Under the pieces are notes generated by a model. The model saw only the letters and a program-made list of their open reading frames with translations, ran no database searches and was not told where the DNA came from. From NCBI GenBank assembly GCA_035568995.1, contig DATMNL010000003.1:55828-119827 (forward strand): a DNA stretch of 64,000 bases, in the 5' to 3' direction. The position numbers and the translations under genes are program-made. The DNA comes from Rhizomicrobium sp. Its GTDB lineage: Bacteria; Pseudomonadota; Alphaproteobacteria; Micropepsales; Micropepsaceae. Positions 30,654-40,990 of this stretch are shown in pieces (the stretch's first letter is position 1; each line of letters starts with the position of its first letter).

Positions 30654-31826
30654 ATGGCCGAAACCAAGCTCTCTTTGTCGCGCGGGGGCATCATGCTGGC
30701 CGACGGCACGTTCATTGAGGGCGTTGGTTTCGGCGCGGTGGCAAGCGCAGTTGGCGAAGTCTGTTTCAACACCGCCATGACCGGCTATCAGGAAATCCTC
30801 TCCGATCCGTCCTATGCCGGGCAGATCGTGGCCTTCACCTTTCCCCATATCGGCATTGTCGGCGCCAATGAGGAGGATATCGAAAGCCTGACGCCGGCAG
30901 TGCGCGGGCTGATCGTGCGCGCCGATGCCGAGCATCCCTCCAATTACCGCAGCCTGGCGGCGCTGGACCGCTGGCTGAAGACGCACAATATTCCGGCAGT
31001 GGCGGGAATCGACACGCGGGCGCTGACCAGCCTGATCCGCGAAAAAGGCATGCCGCATGGCGCCATCGTCAATTGCGGCCCCACTTCTGAATCAAACAAG
31101 GCCACTTGCGACAGAGATGCGCTGCTGAAACAGGCCAGGGCATTTGGTGGCCTGGTGGGGCTGGACCTCGCCAAGGAGGTCACCTCGCGCCAGATGTATC
31201 GCTGGAACGAAACGCCCTGGGCCTGGAATGAAGGCTACGGTAAGGAATCCAAAACCGATTTTCGCGCCGTGGTGCTGGACTATGGCGTCAAGCGCAACAT
31301 CTTAAGATTGCTGGCGGGCAAGGGCGCCGACATCACCGTGCTGCCTGCCAGCGCCACGCTTGACGATGTGATGAGCCACAATCCCCATGGCGTGCTGTTG
31401 TCGAACGGTCCCGGTGATCCGGCGGCGACGGGCGAATATGCCATCCCCACCATCAAGGGCGTGGTGGACAAAGGCATTCCCACTTTCGGCATCTGCCTGG
31501 GCCATCAGATGCTGGGCCTGGCGCTGGGCGGAAAAACAAAAAAAATGGCCCAGGGTCATCATGGCGCCAATCATCCGGTGAAAGATTTGGAGACCGGCAA
31601 GGTCGAGATCGTTTCCATGAATCACGGCTTCACGGTGGACACCGCGACCCTGCCCAAGGGCGTGAAGGAAACGCACGTCTCGCTGTTCGACGGCAGCAAT
31701 TGCGGATTGCGGCTGGAAGGCGCCGATGTCTTCAGCGTGCAATATCATCCCGAGGCTTCGCCCGGGCCGATGGATTCGCACTATCTGTTTGACCGGTTTG
31801 CTGAGGCGGCGAAAAAGAGGGCTTAA
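30654..31826 (+). CDS. carA: Carbamoyl-phosphate synthase small subunit
   Basis: GEVCFNTAMTGYQE..SDPSY.GQ, SNGPGDP, FGICLGHQ, HHGANHPV, VQYHPEASPGP. Confidence 0.96.
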   Translation: MAETKLSLSRGGIMLADGTFIEGVGFGAVASAVGEVCFNTAMTGYQEILSDPSYAGQIVAFTFPHIGIVGANEEDIESLTPAVRGLIVRADAEHPSNYRSLAALDRWLKTHNIPAVAGIDTRALTSLIREKGMPHGAIVNCGPTSESNKATCDRDALLKQARAFGGLVGLDLAKEVTSRQMYRWNETPWAWNEGYGKESKTDFRAVVLDYGVKRNILRLLAGKGADITVLPASATLDDVMSHNPHGVLLSNGPGDPAATGEYAIPTIKGVVDKGIPTFGICLGHQMLGLALGGKTKKMAQGHHGANHPVKDLETGKVEIVSMNHGFTVDTATLPKGVKETHVSLFDGSNCGLRLEGADVFSVQYHPEASPGPMDSHYLFDRFAEAAKKRA

Positions 31827-31830
31827 CCCC

Positions 31831-31882
31831 TGTCATTCCCGGCCGAGCATTGCGTCAGCAATACGAGGGGAAGGGAACCTAG
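31831..31882 (+). repeat. REP-like arm (left)
   Basis: TGTCATTCCCGGCCGAG-[ATTGC/GCAAT hairpin]-CGAGGGGAAGGGAACCTAG; inverted counterpart at 32434-32483. Confidence 0.7.
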
Positions 31883-31919
31883 GCGTTGAACCAAGCGAAG
31901 ATGCTAGAGGGTTCATTAA

Positions 31920-32420
31920 ATGCAGCAAGATCACCGCGCATTGATAAATGTTGAAGCCATCCGGATGCAGTTTCGCCCTCGGCGCATCACAACGCTATTT
32001 GTAGGTGAATCTGCGCCGGCCAGCGGTGATTTTTTCTATTACGGAAATAGCAATATGCTGCGCTATATGAAGAAGGCAGTAGAATCCGTCTTTGGAGGAA
32101 GTGACGACTTCCTCGGTACTTTCAAAAGTTATGGCTGGTATCTAGATGATCTCGTTTTAACGCCCGTGAATCAACTCAATCCAAAAGAGCGGAGAAAGAG
32201 GTGCTGGAGCGCGAAAACCGGTTTAACTGCCAGAATTGCGGAATATCAGCCTGCCGCAATTGTGTCTCTAATGGTTGGGATCGAGAAAATCGTTGAGGCC
32301 GCGTCACTCGAAGTTAAATCTACCGCGAGCCGGTTCTCTGTCCCCTTTCCAGGAAATGGGCAGCAAACTCGGTTTCATTCGAAAATGATCGAGATTCTTC
32401 CCGATCTTCCGAAGTTATGA
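31920..32420 (+). CDS. Uracil-DNA glycosylase superfamily-like protein (low GC)
   Basis: LFVGESAP...GDFFYY resembles UDG motif A and SVPFPG resembles motif B; codons often end in A/T, unlike neighbours. Confidence 0.55.
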   Translation: MQQDHRALINVEAIRMQFRPRRITTLFVGESAPASGDFFYYGNSNMLRYMKKAVESVFGGSDDFLGTFKSYGWYLDDLVLTPVNQLNPKERRKRCWSAKTGLTARIAEYQPAAIVSLMVGIEKIVEAASLEVKSTASRFSVPFPGNGQQTRFHSKMIEILPDLPKL

Positions 32421-32433
32421 CTCGCTTGCGCAT

Positions 32434-32483
32434 CTGGGTCTCCTTCCCTCGACGCGCTATCGCGCGTCTCGCCGGGGATGACA
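32434..32483 (-). repeat. REP-like arm (right, inverted)
   Basis: Minus strand TGTCATCCCCGGCGAG-[GACGCGC/GCGCGTC hairpin]-CGAGGGAAGGAGACCCAG. Confidence 0.7.
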
Positions 32484-32491
32484 GTTAAGAG

Positions 32492-33106
32492 CTAACGCAC
32501 TAACTCGATAGCGTCGAAGTCGGATTCTTGGGTGGAGGGGGTCGGCAAATCCATGCGAAGACGATTGTTGCCGATGCCCACCAGTGCGCCGACCTGATCG
32601 TCGGGCGTTGTTTCGGCGCCCAACGAGGGACGGCGGCCGGAATAGCGATGCAAGGGTTCGCCCCTGGCGCTTTGGGCGCCGATATAGACCCAGAGGCCGC
32701 CCTGTTCGGGATAAAGATATCCCGCCATGCGCTGGGTGCCCTGTTTCTGGAACCAGATTCCATCATTGCGCTTGGAAATGCTGCAGGAAATCCAACTGAA
32801 CACGGCATAGCCGGTCATGCCGCCCAGTTTCATCTGGCGGCAACGCCAGGCGCCGTACAGCGCCTGCTCCGGCACGCCATGGGCGTCAGCCTCGAAGGTT
32901 TCCTTGATGGCGCCATAGTCACCGGTGCCGCCACGCGTTTGCGCCTGCCGAACCGCATCGCCGCGCGCGGCCTCAAGGCCGGTGAGGCGGCCGGCATCAT
33001 AATTGGTGATCTGTTCGCGCCAGTCGGCAAAGGCCGATCCCGTCAGCGCGAGGAGCGCGACAAGGGCGAGGGTTAATCTATGCGGCGCCGTTTTCGTCAT
33101 GGCCAT
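32492..33106 (-). CDS. DUF4893-like secreted protein
   Basis: Signal peptide, WREQIT.YD..RL, GAWRCRQMKLGG, QR..G.L. Confidence 0.65.
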   Translation of the reverse strand: MAMTKTAPHRLTLALVALLALTGSAFADWREQITNYDAGRLTGLEAARGDAVRQAQTRGGTGDYGAIKETFEADAHGVPEQALYGAWRCRQMKLGGMTGYAVFSWISCSISKRNDGIWFQKQGTQRMAGYLYPEQGGLWVYIGAQSARGEPLHRYSGRRPSLGAETTPDDQVGALVGIGNNRLRMDLPTPSTQESDFDAIELVR

Positions 33107-33956
33107 TCTCCGGCGGCGTCCAGCCCTTCAGGTCCGCGGTCGGCGGCATACCGACCACGTTGAAGCCGGCGTCGACGAAATGCACTTCGCCGGTAACGCC
33201 GCCCGACAGGCCACTAAGCAAATAAAGTGCCGCGCCGCCGACATGGTTAAGCTCCACCGAGCGTTTCAAGGGGGCGTGGCTCTTGTTCCACTTGAACACC
33301 ACGCGCGCATCGCCCACGGCGCTTCCCGCCAGGGTGCGCATTGGCCCGGCGGATATGGCGTTGACGCGAATATTGTCCTGGCCCAGGTCGGCCGCGAGAT
33401 AGCGCACACTGGCTTCCAGCGCCGCCTTGGCCACACCCATCACATTGTAGTTCGGCATCACACGCTGCGCCCCCAGATAAGTCAGCGTCACCATGGCGCC
33501 GCCGTTCGGCATCAGGCTTGCTGCGCGGCGCGCCACGGCGGTAAAGGAAAAGCAGGAAATATCGAGGGTTTTGAGAAAATTGACCCGCGTGGTTTCGATG
33601 TAGCGGCCCTTCAATTCCTTGGCGTCGGAGAAGGCAAGCGAATGGACCAGAAAATCCAGCCCGCCCCATTTTGCTTTCAGTTCGGCGAAGACCGCGTCGA
33701 GTTGTTCGTCATTTTCGACATCGGCGGGCAGCACGATCGAACTGCCCAGGCTTTCCGCCAGCGGCTTCAGCCGCTTGGCCTGGGCGTCGCCCTGGTAGGT
33801 GAAGGCGATGGTCGCGCCCTGCCCGGCCAGCACCTGGGCGATGCCCCAGGCAATGGAATGATCGTTGGCCACGCCCATGACCAGGCCGCGCTTGCCCGCC
33901 ATCAATCCCGTTTTGGCCTCAGCCATCATGTCCTCGCGCGGTGTTTTCTGTTCCAT
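33078..33956 (-). CDS. fabI: Enoyl-ACP reductase (start uncertain within about 30 nt)
   Basis: GVANDHSIAWGIA, YNVMGVAKAALEASVRYLA, NAISAGPMRTLA. Confidence 0.95.
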   Translation of the reverse strand: MEQKTPREDMMAEAKTGLMAGKRGLVMGVANDHSIAWGIAQVLAGQGATIAFTYQGDAQAKRLKPLAESLGSSIVLPADVENDEQLDAVFAELKAKWGGLDFLVHSLAFSDAKELKGRYIETTRVNFLKTLDISCFSFTAVARRAASLMPNGGAMVTLTYLGAQRVMPNYNVMGVAKAALEASVRYLAADLGQDNIRVNAISAGPMRTLAGSAVGDARVVFKWNKSHAPLKRSVELNHVGGAALYLLSGLSGGVTGEVHFVDAGFNVVGMPPTADLKGWTPPENGHDENGAA

Positions 33957-33965
33957 TGTGGGACA

Positions 33966-35186
33966 TCACTTCTCTAGACGCTGGAAGACCAGCGAGGCGT
34001 TGGTGCCGCCAAAACCAAAGGAATTAGACAGCGCGGTATTAATCATGGCGTTGTCAATGCGTTTCCTGACGATATTGGCGCCTTCGACGGCGGGATCGAG
34101 TTCCTCGATATTAGCACTTTCGCAGATAAAGCCCGCCTGCATCATCAACAAACAATAGATCGCTTCGTGCGCGCCGGCGGCGCCCTGGCTGTGGCCGGTG
34201 AGAGACTTGGTGGCGCTGATGGGTGGAACCTTCGCGCCAAAGACCGCCTTGATGGCGTTGATCTCGGGAATATCGCCGACCGGCGTCGAGGTGGCGTGGG
34301 GATTGATGTAATCCACCGGCGCTTTGACATTCGCCAATGCCATCTGCATGCAGCGCACCGCGCCTTCACCCGACGGCGCCACCATGTCGGCGCCGTCCGC
34401 CGTGGCGCCATAACCCACCAGCTCGGCGTATATTTTCGCGCCCCGGGCCCTGGCGTGTTCCAGCTCTTCCAGCACCAGAATGCCGCCGCCACCGGAAATG
34501 ACAAAACCGTCACGGCTTTTGTCATAGGCGCGCGAGGCTTTTTGCGGCGTGGCGTTGAATTTGGACGACATCGCGCCCATGGCATCAAACAATTGGCTCA
34601 AGGTCCAGTCCAGCTCTTCGCCGCCGCCAGCGAACATCATGTCCTGCTTGCCCCATTGAATCATTTCATAGGCGTTGCCGATGCAGTTGGCCGACGTCGA
34701 ACAGGCCGACGAGATGGAATAGTTCACGCCCTTGGTCTTGAACCAGGTGGAAAGATTGGCCGAACAGGTGGACGACATCGCCTTGGGCACCGCGAAGGGA
34801 CCGACCCGCTTGGGGCTCTTGTTCTCGCGGGTAATGTCGGCGGCGGTAACAATGGCCCTGGTGCTGGGACCGCCCGATCCGACAATTAAGCCGGTGCGGG
34901 GATTGGAAATCTCCTTTTCCGTCAAGCCGGCATCGGCGATGGCCTGGGTTATCGCCACCCAGCAATAGCCCGCACCATCGCCCTGAAAGCGGCGGGCGCG
35001 GCGGTCCACGATTTCATCGAGGTTCAGCTTCAAGCTGCCATGCACCTGGCTTCGGAAGCCCAGGCGGACATAATCATCCGCCGTGACGATGCCGGATCTG
35101 GCGTGACGCAGCGACTCCGTCACCTCACCGGCATTGTTGCCGATGGACGAAACAATGCCGAGCCCGGTTACAACGACGCGACGCAT
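33966..35186 (-). CDS. fabB: 3-oxoacyl-ACP synthase I
   Basis: [40 protein letters not shown]. Confidence 0.95.
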   Translation of the reverse strand: MRRVVVTGLGIVSSIGNNAGEVTESLRHARSGIVTADDYVRLGFRSQVHGSLKLNLDEIVDRRARRFQGDGAGYCWVAITQAIADAGLTEKEISNPRTGLIVGSGGPSTRAIVTAADITRENKSPKRVGPFAVPKAMSSTCSANLSTWFKTKGVNYSISSACSTSANCIGNAYEMIQWGKQDMMFAGGGEELDWTLSQLFDAMGAMSSKFNATPQKASRAYDKSRDGFVISGGGGILVLEELEHARARGAKIYAELVGYGATADGADMVAPSGEGAVRCMQMALANVKAPVDYINPHATSTPVGDIPEINAIKAVFGAKVPPISATKSLTGHSQGAAGAHEAIYCLLMMQAGFICESANIEELDPAVEGANIVRKRIDNAMINTALSNSFGFGGTNASLVFQRLEK

Positions 35187-35237
35187 GGGTTCCTTCTTGC
35201 CTCACGCCTTGATAAAGCACTGCGTGAGTGAATTGTA

Positions 35238-35795
35238 TCAGACCGAGGCGGGCGCTGCAGTTGCCTGGGCCAGGGCAGCGGCGGCGTCAGTGAACAGGCC
35301 AACGCGTATGCCCTTGGCCTCATAGATCACCTTGCCGTCCACCTTCATGATGCCGTCGGCGATGCCAAGCACCAGCCTGCGCATGATCACGCGCTTGAGG
35401 TGGATGATGTAGGTAACTTTTTTGGCATTGGGCAAAACCATGCCGGTAAATTTCACTTCCTCCACGCCAAGGGCGCGGCCTTTGCCGATGCCCCCCATCC
35501 AGCCCAGGAAAAAACCCACCATCTGCCAAAGCGCATCCAGACCCAGGCAGCCCGGCATGACCGGGTCGCCCTGGAAGTGACATTTGAAAAACCAGAGATT
35601 GGGGTTCACGTCCAATTCCGCGATCACTTCGCCCTTGCCGGCCTCGCCCCCGTCTTCGGTGATGGTGGTGATGCGATCGAACATCAGCATCGGTGGCAGC
35701 GGCAACTGCGCATTGCCCGGCCCAAACAGCTCACCCCGGGCACAGGCGAGCAGACCCGCCATATCGAAACTGGATTTTCTGTGGGGCTTGTCCAA
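35238..35795 (-). CDS. fabA: 3-hydroxyacyl-ACP dehydratase/isomerase
   Basis: [43 protein letters not shown]; TTG start 35795 with AGGA RBS. Confidence 0.95.
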   Translation of the reverse strand: MDKPHRKSSFDMAGLLACARGELFGPGNAQLPLPPMLMFDRITTITEDGGEAGKGEVIAELDVNPNLWFFKCHFQGDPVMPGCLGLDALWQMVGFFLGWMGGIGKGRALGVEEVKFTGMVLPNAKKVTYIIHLKRVIMRRLVLGIADGIMKVDGKVIYEAKGIRVGLFTDAAAALAQATAAPASV

Positions 35796-35903
35796 TGTCC
35801 TGTCCTTTTGCGAAAGCGGCGCGTTAGCGCCCATATTTTCAAGTGGAAGCCCGGATCGATGTATCAAAAGCTAATCGATCAGGCCGGTTCCAGCATTTCT
35901 TGC

Positions 35904-35918
35904 TTAGAAGCGTTCTAA
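35904..35918. promoter_or_regulatory. Irr box (iron control element) upstream of irr
   Basis: TTAGAA-GCG-TTCTAA. Confidence 0.65.
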
Positions 35919-35995
35919 CGTGTAGTCTTCGAAATTATTCTAGCAGGGATCTGGCGGCTTGGGCAGACGCCCGCTCGCCGAAAGGAACCCGCCCG

Positions 35996-36427
35996 ATGGG
36001 CAAAACACCGCGGGAAACCAACGTTACGCCGTCCTTCACGGCGGAAAAATTGCGCGCCGCGGGCCTTCGCCCCACCCGCCAGCGCATGGAACTGGCGGGG
36101 CACCTGTTTGCCGGCCTCGACCGGCATGTGACGGCGGAAAGCCTGCACGATGAAGTGGTGAATTCCGGCATCAAAGTGTCGCTGGCCACGGTCTATAACA
36201 CCCTGCACCAGTTCACCGCTGCTGGCCTGCTGCGCCAGGTGGTGGTGGATGCGGCGCGCGGTTATTTCGACACCAATACCGGCGATCATCAGCACTTCTT
36301 CCTGGAAGATGAAGGTATGTTGATCGACATTCCAGGCGATGCCATCCAGGTCGCGGGGGTTCCCAGCGCCCCGCCCGGCATGCTGGTGGACCGGGTGGAC
36401 GTGGTGGTTCGGGTGAGAAGGACCTAA
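35996..36427 (+). CDS. irr: Fur-family iron response regulator Irr
   Basis: LRAAGLRPTRQR, RHVTAE.L, VSLATVYNTLHQF, YFDTNTGDHQHFF; divergent from fabA as in other alphaproteobacteria. Confidence 0.88.
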   Translation: MGKTPRETNVTPSFTAEKLRAAGLRPTRQRMELAGHLFAGLDRHVTAESLHDEVVNSGIKVSLATVYNTLHQFTAAGLLRQVVVDAARGYFDTNTGDHQHFFLEDEGMLIDIPGDAIQVAGVPSAPPGMLVDRVDVVVRVRRT

Positions 36428-36534
36428 TTCAGCCCTTCGGCTGCGTTCGACCCTGGCGCTGCTCACCCCCAATCGGGGCAGTGTCCATAGGGGAAACGGG
36501 CCTCCGACGCCTGGCTTCCGGCCGGTTGAGATAC

Positions 36535-36551
36535 TTTAGAATAATTCTAAA
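36535..36551. promoter_or_regulatory. Perfect Irr box (ICE) upstream of rubrerythrin operon
   Basis: TTTAGAA-TAA-TTCTAAA equals the ICE consensus TTTAGAA-N3-TTCTAAA. Confidence 0.8.
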
Positions 36552-36614
36552 AACTGTTGACAGAGGCTGTTTGCAGGGTCAATCTGCCGCCCGGAATTGA
36601 TCAAGGAGACAGAC

Positions 36615-37037
36615 ATGCCCGCTCTGAAAAACACCAAGACTTGGGGAAATCTCAAGGACGCCTTTGCCGGCGAAAGCCAGGCCAACCGCCGTTACCTCTA
36701 TTTCGCACAGAAGGCGGATGTCGAAGGCTTCAACGACGTCGCCGCCGTGTTCCGCTCCACTGCCGAAGGCGAGACTGGCCATGCCCATGGCCATCTGGAA
36801 TATCTGGAAGAAGTGGGCGATCCGGCCACGGGTGAGCCGATCGGCGCCACCGACGCCAATCTCAAGGCCTCGATCGCGGGCGAGACCCACGAATATACCG
36901 ACATGTATCCGGGCATGGCCAAGACCGCGCGCGGCGAAGGCTTTGACGAGATCGCCGACTGGTTCGAGACCCTGGCCAAGGCGGAAAAAAGCCATGCCGG
37001 CCGCTTCCAGAAGGCGCTCGACAGTCTAGGAAGGTAA
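36615..37037 (+). CDS. rbr: Rubrerythrin (short form lacking the rubredoxin domain)
   Basis: [35 protein letters not shown]. Confidence 0.92.
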   Translation: MPALKNTKTWGNLKDAFAGESQANRRYLYFAQKADVEGFNDVAAVFRSTAEGETGHAHGHLEYLEEVGDPATGEPIGATDANLKASIAGETHEYTDMYPGMAKTARGEGFDEIADWFETLAKAEKSHAGRFQKALDSLGR

Positions 37038-37105
37038 TTTTGCGCGCATTTGAAATGGCCGCGCGGATTTTTCTGCGCGGCCATATTTTTTGATGGGAAA
37101 TTGGC

Positions 37106-38446
37106 ATGGCCGGCCACGAAGGCAGTCTCGACGCTCCAACGCGCCACATCATTGACTGGCAGAAACCGGATTTTTCCGACCCGGTGAAGCTGGATCAGGA
37201 GATGCGGCGGGTTTTTGACATCTGCCATGGCTGCCGCCGCTGTTTCAACCTGTGCGATTCCTTTCCCCGCCTGTTCGACCTGATCGACACCAGCCCGAAC
37301 GAGGAATTGTCCGACGTGAAATCGGAAGATTTCGCTCCGGTGGTGGAAGCCTGCACGCTTTGCGACATGTGCTTCATGACCAAATGTCCCTATGTGCCGC
37401 CGCATCCCTTTCAACTGGATTTCCCCCATCTGATGCTGCGCCACCGTTTCGCCGAGGCGAAGAAAGGCCAGGTGGAATTGACCCAGAGGCAGCTTGCCGA
37501 AATGGACCGCAACGGCACGCTGGCGCGAGTGGCATCACCGGTCATCAATTGGGCCTCCGACAAATCCAACCGTCCGATGCGGGCGGCGATGGAGAATATG
37601 GCCGGCATCGACCGCAACGCGGATCTGCCCAAATTCCACAGCCGCACCTTCATGTCCGCTGACCGGGCCGATCCCATCGAGGCGAACAAGGCTGCGCCCG
37701 CTTACAGCAAGCGCAAGGCCGCGCTCTATGCCACCTGCTTCGTCAACTACAACAAGCCGGTCACCGGCATGGCGGCGCGGAGCGTGCTCAATCACATCGG
37801 GGTGGAAACCAAGGCTACCTATCCCGGCTGCTGCGGCATGCCCTTCCTGGAACAGGCGGAGCTGTCGCGGGTCGCCGCCAATGCCGCCAAAGTGTCCAAG
37901 GAATTGGTCAGGCTGATTGACGAAGGCTATGACATCGTCGCCCTCACCGCCTCCTGCGGGCTGATGCTGAAGTTCGAATGGGCCTTGGTTTGCCCCGATA
38001 ACCCGGACGTCAAACGCGTGGCGGACGCCACTTTCGACATTGACGAATATGTGGTGGATATCGCGCGCAAGGAAGGCCTGCCGCATGGCATGAAGCCCTT
38101 GCCGGAAGGCGTTACTGTGCATCTGGCTTGTCATGCCCGCGCCCAGAATATGGGACCCAAGGCGGCGGAGATGCTGAAGCTGATCCCAGAGACTCCGGTG
38201 GATGTGATCGAGCGTTGCTCAGGCCATGGCGGCACCTTCGGCGTGGTCAAGCCCACCCATGACGTGGCCGTGAAAGTGGGCCGGCCGGTGTTCCGCGCCG
38301 CGAACACTTTGGCCCGCGGCCATATCGTGTCCGACTGCCCGCTGGCGGCGCAGCATATTTTCAATCACAGCGAAACCCCGGCGCGGGAGCCGGAACATCC
38401 GATCCAGATTCTCGCGCGGTCCTATGGATTGTTGGAGGGTGAGTGA
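37106..38446 (+). CDS. Rubrerythrin-associated Fe-S oxidoreductase (HdrD/GlpC-like, CCG domains)
   Basis: [11 protein letters not shown] and [12 protein letters not shown] 4Fe-4S motifs, CCG, CSGHGG. Confidence 0.88.
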   Translation: MAGHEGSLDAPTRHIIDWQKPDFSDPVKLDQEMRRVFDICHGCRRCFNLCDSFPRLFDLIDTSPNEELSDVKSEDFAPVVEACTLCDMCFMTKCPYVPPHPFQLDFPHLMLRHRFAEAKKGQVELTQRQLAEMDRNGTLARVASPVINWASDKSNRPMRAAMENMAGIDRNADLPKFHSRTFMSADRADPIEANKAAPAYSKRKAALYATCFVNYNKPVTGMAARSVLNHIGVETKATYPGCCGMPFLEQAELSRVAANAAKVSKELVRLIDEGYDIVALTASCGLMLKFEWALVCPDNPDVKRVADATFDIDEYVVDIARKEGLPHGMKPLPEGVTVHLACHARAQNMGPKAAEMLKLIPETPVDVIERCSGHGGTFGVVKPTHDVAVKVGRPVFRAANTLARGHIVSDCPLAAQHIFNHSETPAREPEHPIQILARSYGLLEGE

Positions 38447-38470
38447 CGGTTCGCCGAAGGCGAATGGGGC

Positions 38471-38521
38471 GGTCCGGTGGACCGTCCCGAGTGACGAACG
38501 CCGCGAGCCAAAGCGAGCGGC
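38471..38521 (+). repeat. 51-nt dispersed repeat, copy 2
   Basis: GGTCCGGTGGACC-N9-GACGAACGCCGCGA-N6-GCGAGCGGC. Confidence 0.7.
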
Positions 38522-38557
38522 AGGGGGAATGTAAAAGAAGAATTTGAGGAATTAGAA

Positions 38558-39145
38558 ATGCCCGAAACCGCCCGCAAGATAACGCCTGCCGACATCCTGC
38601 CGCCGCAGGAATATGATTCCCGCAGAGCCGCGCTGAAGCAAAACCTTCTGCCGATGAAGAAAAGCCGCCGGGTCGAGGTGGGGCCTTTCGCCACTTTCTA
38701 TTTCGAGAACTACACCACCATGTGGCTGCAGGTGCAGGAGATGCTGCGCATCGAAAAAGGCGGCCAAGAACAGTTGGCGGGCGAACTCGAAGCCTACAAC
38801 CCCCTGATTCCCCAGGGCGACGAATTGATCGCAACCATGATGCTGGAAATCGAGGACGCGAACCGCCGCCACAACACGTTGCTGACTCTTGGCGGCATCG
38901 AGGAGGCGGTGTTCATGGAGATCGGCGGCGAGAAGGTCGCCGCCACGCCAACGGAATATGACGATCGCACCACGGCGGACGGAAAGACTTCATCGGTGCA
39001 TTGGCTGCGTTTCAAGTTCAGCCAGGAACAGATTGCGCGCTTCGGAACCGAACGCATCGTGATCGGCATCGCGCACCGCAATTACGGCCACATGGCTGTG
39101 CTGGGCGAGGATGCGAAGGTCGCCTTGGCCAAGGATTTTTCCTAG
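38558..39145 (+). CDS. DUF3501 family protein
   Basis: KK.RRVEVGP, FENYTT...QVQEMLRIE, EL.AYNPLIP, KTSSVHWLRF; third gene of the known rbr cassette. Confidence 0.88.
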   Translation: MPETARKITPADILPPQEYDSRRAALKQNLLPMKKSRRVEVGPFATFYFENYTTMWLQVQEMLRIEKGGQEQLAGELEAYNPLIPQGDELIATMMLEIEDANRRHNTLLTLGGIEEAVFMEIGGEKVAATPTEYDDRTTADGKTSSVHWLRFKFSQEQIARFGTERIVIGIAHRNYGHMAVLGEDAKVALAKDFS

Positions 39146-40920
39146 AGCTTGACCCGGTCTTCGACGATCTCGCCATAGCGCGCCGGCGTCAACCGCTCAT
39201 AGTCTGCCGTGACGGGATCGAGCCAGTAGATGGGGTCGGGAAGCGCGGAAGGATCAAAGCCCTCCTTCACCAATTCCACCTTGCGCTGCTTGAAGGTGCC
39301 CGTCACCGCGATTTCGGACTGCAGGCGCAGGAAGACCGGCCGCGCATAATGCACCAGCCGCCCCTCAAGTCGGCGCGCCAACCCCCGGACATCGAATAGA
39401 CCATCCACCACCAGGGCCGCCATGCCGGCGCGGCCATCCATGCCGGGGACCGCGACACCATAGACATTGGCCTCACGAATGCCGGGCACGGTGGAAAGCG
39501 CCTCTGTCACTTCGCTGGTGGCGACATTCTCGCCCTTCCAGCGGAAGGTGTCGCCGATGCGATCGACAAAATAGAAATAGCCATAGCGGTCGCGGCGCAT
39601 CAGGTCGCCGGTGCGAAACCAGGCATCGCCTTTTCGAAAAACATCGCGAAGGATCTTCTTCTCGGTGTCCGACGCCTTGGTATAGCCCTCGAAATTGCGC
39701 CCGGCGCGCGCGGAGATACCGCCCACCGCCTCGCCCACTTCATCGGGTTCGCACTCGATGCAAAGGCCGGCCGGCCCGCGCACCGGCGTTTCCTTTTCGA
39801 CATCGAAGCGCGCCACCCGGGTCGGCAGCAACCACTCGATATATTCCGGCACCCGGCCGACCGCGCCGATGGTGCCGTCATAATTCAGCATCGAGACGTT
39901 GCCTTCGGTGGCGCCGTAAAACTCCACAATCCGCGGAATGGCGAAGCGGGACTGGAATTCGCGCCAGATTTCGGGTCTGAGGCCATTGCCGGTGATGGCA
40001 CGGATATGATGACCGCGCTCGTGCGGCCCGGGCGGCGCGTTGAGCAGGTAACGGCAGACTTCACCGATATAAGTGAACATGGTGGCGTTGTATTTGTGGA
40101 TGTCGTTCCAGAATTCGCTGACCGAAAATTTCTTTTTCAGGATCAGCGCGCCGCCGCGATTGAAAGCCAACCCCACGGTGCAGACGCCGCCGGTGGCATG
40201 GTAGAGCGGCAGGGCGTTATAGATGCGGTCGCTGGCTTTTGGCTCAAGTGCGCCCAGGAAGCCCGTCATCATGAACAGCATCCGCATATGGCTGAAATTG
40301 GCGGCCTTGGGCAGGCCGGTGGTGCCGGAGGTGTAAATCAGGAAAGCCCGGTCCTTCAGCGTCACGCCGGCGCGGGGCATCTGGCCCGGCGCCGAGGAAG
40401 GCGCCGCGTTCAGCGCGGCATCGAGATTTCCATCATTTCCTTGTGTCCAGACTTGCGGTTTGGCGGTGAAAAAGGGTCCGGCTTCGGGCAGGCAGGCGGC
40501 CAGTTCGTCGCCCACAATGACGTGGCGCGCGCCCGCGATTTCAATGGAGTGGGCAAGCGGCTGGCCCCGCTGGTTGGTATTGATCAGGGCGGCTGAGAGG
40601 CCCGCCTTGAACAGGCCCAACCAGGCGCAGAGAAAATCCGGGCGGTTCTCCATGAACAGGGCCACGGGATCGCCCTGCTTCAATCCCAGCGACAGGGACC
40701 AATGGGCGTATTGATTGGCGCGCGCATCCATCGCGCCATAGCTCATTACGCTGTCCAGATAGTAGATCGCCGGCGCCTGCGGCGTTTTCCTGGCCCAGTC
40801 TTCGACAATATCCACGATGCTGTGTGTGGCGTCCGGCTTGATGAGTCTGAGCATCCACAGCGTGCGGGCGATGGTGGAGAGATAGATATATTCGCGCCTT
40901 ATCGCGGCGAAGAGAGTCAT
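39142..40920 (-). CDS. Long-chain acyl-CoA synthetase (FATP type)
   Basis: YTSGTTGLPKAA, YIGEVCRY, GNGLRPEIW, EFYGATEG, WFRTGDL, DRIGDTFRWKGENV. Confidence 0.92.
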   Translation of the reverse strand: MTLFAAIRREYIYLSTIARTLWMLRLIKPDATHSIVDIVEDWARKTPQAPAIYYLDSVMSYGAMDARANQYAHWSLSLGLKQGDPVALFMENRPDFLCAWLGLFKAGLSAALINTNQRGQPLAHSIEIAGARHVIVGDELAACLPEAGPFFTAKPQVWTQGNDGNLDAALNAAPSSAPGQMPRAGVTLKDRAFLIYTSGTTGLPKAANFSHMRMLFMMTGFLGALEPKASDRIYNALPLYHATGGVCTVGLAFNRGGALILKKKFSVSEFWNDIHKYNATMFTYIGEVCRYLLNAPPGPHERGHHIRAITGNGLRPEIWREFQSRFAIPRIVEFYGATEGNVSMLNYDGTIGAVGRVPEYIEWLLPTRVARFDVEKETPVRGPAGLCIECEPDEVGEAVGGISARAGRNFEGYTKASDTEKKILRDVFRKGDAWFRTGDLMRRDRYGYFYFVDRIGDTFRWKGENVATSEVTEALSTVPGIREANVYGVAVPGMDGRAGMAALVVDGLFDVRGLARRLEGRLVHYARPVFLRLQSEIAVTGTFKQRKVELVKEGFDPSALPDPIYWLDPVTADYERLTPARYGEIVEDRVKL

Positions 40921-40990
40921 GGCTTTCGTCCTTCAGCGAAGATTGAGCCGCGAATTTGCCTGAGGCAAGGGAGCGTCTTAAACACCGATT

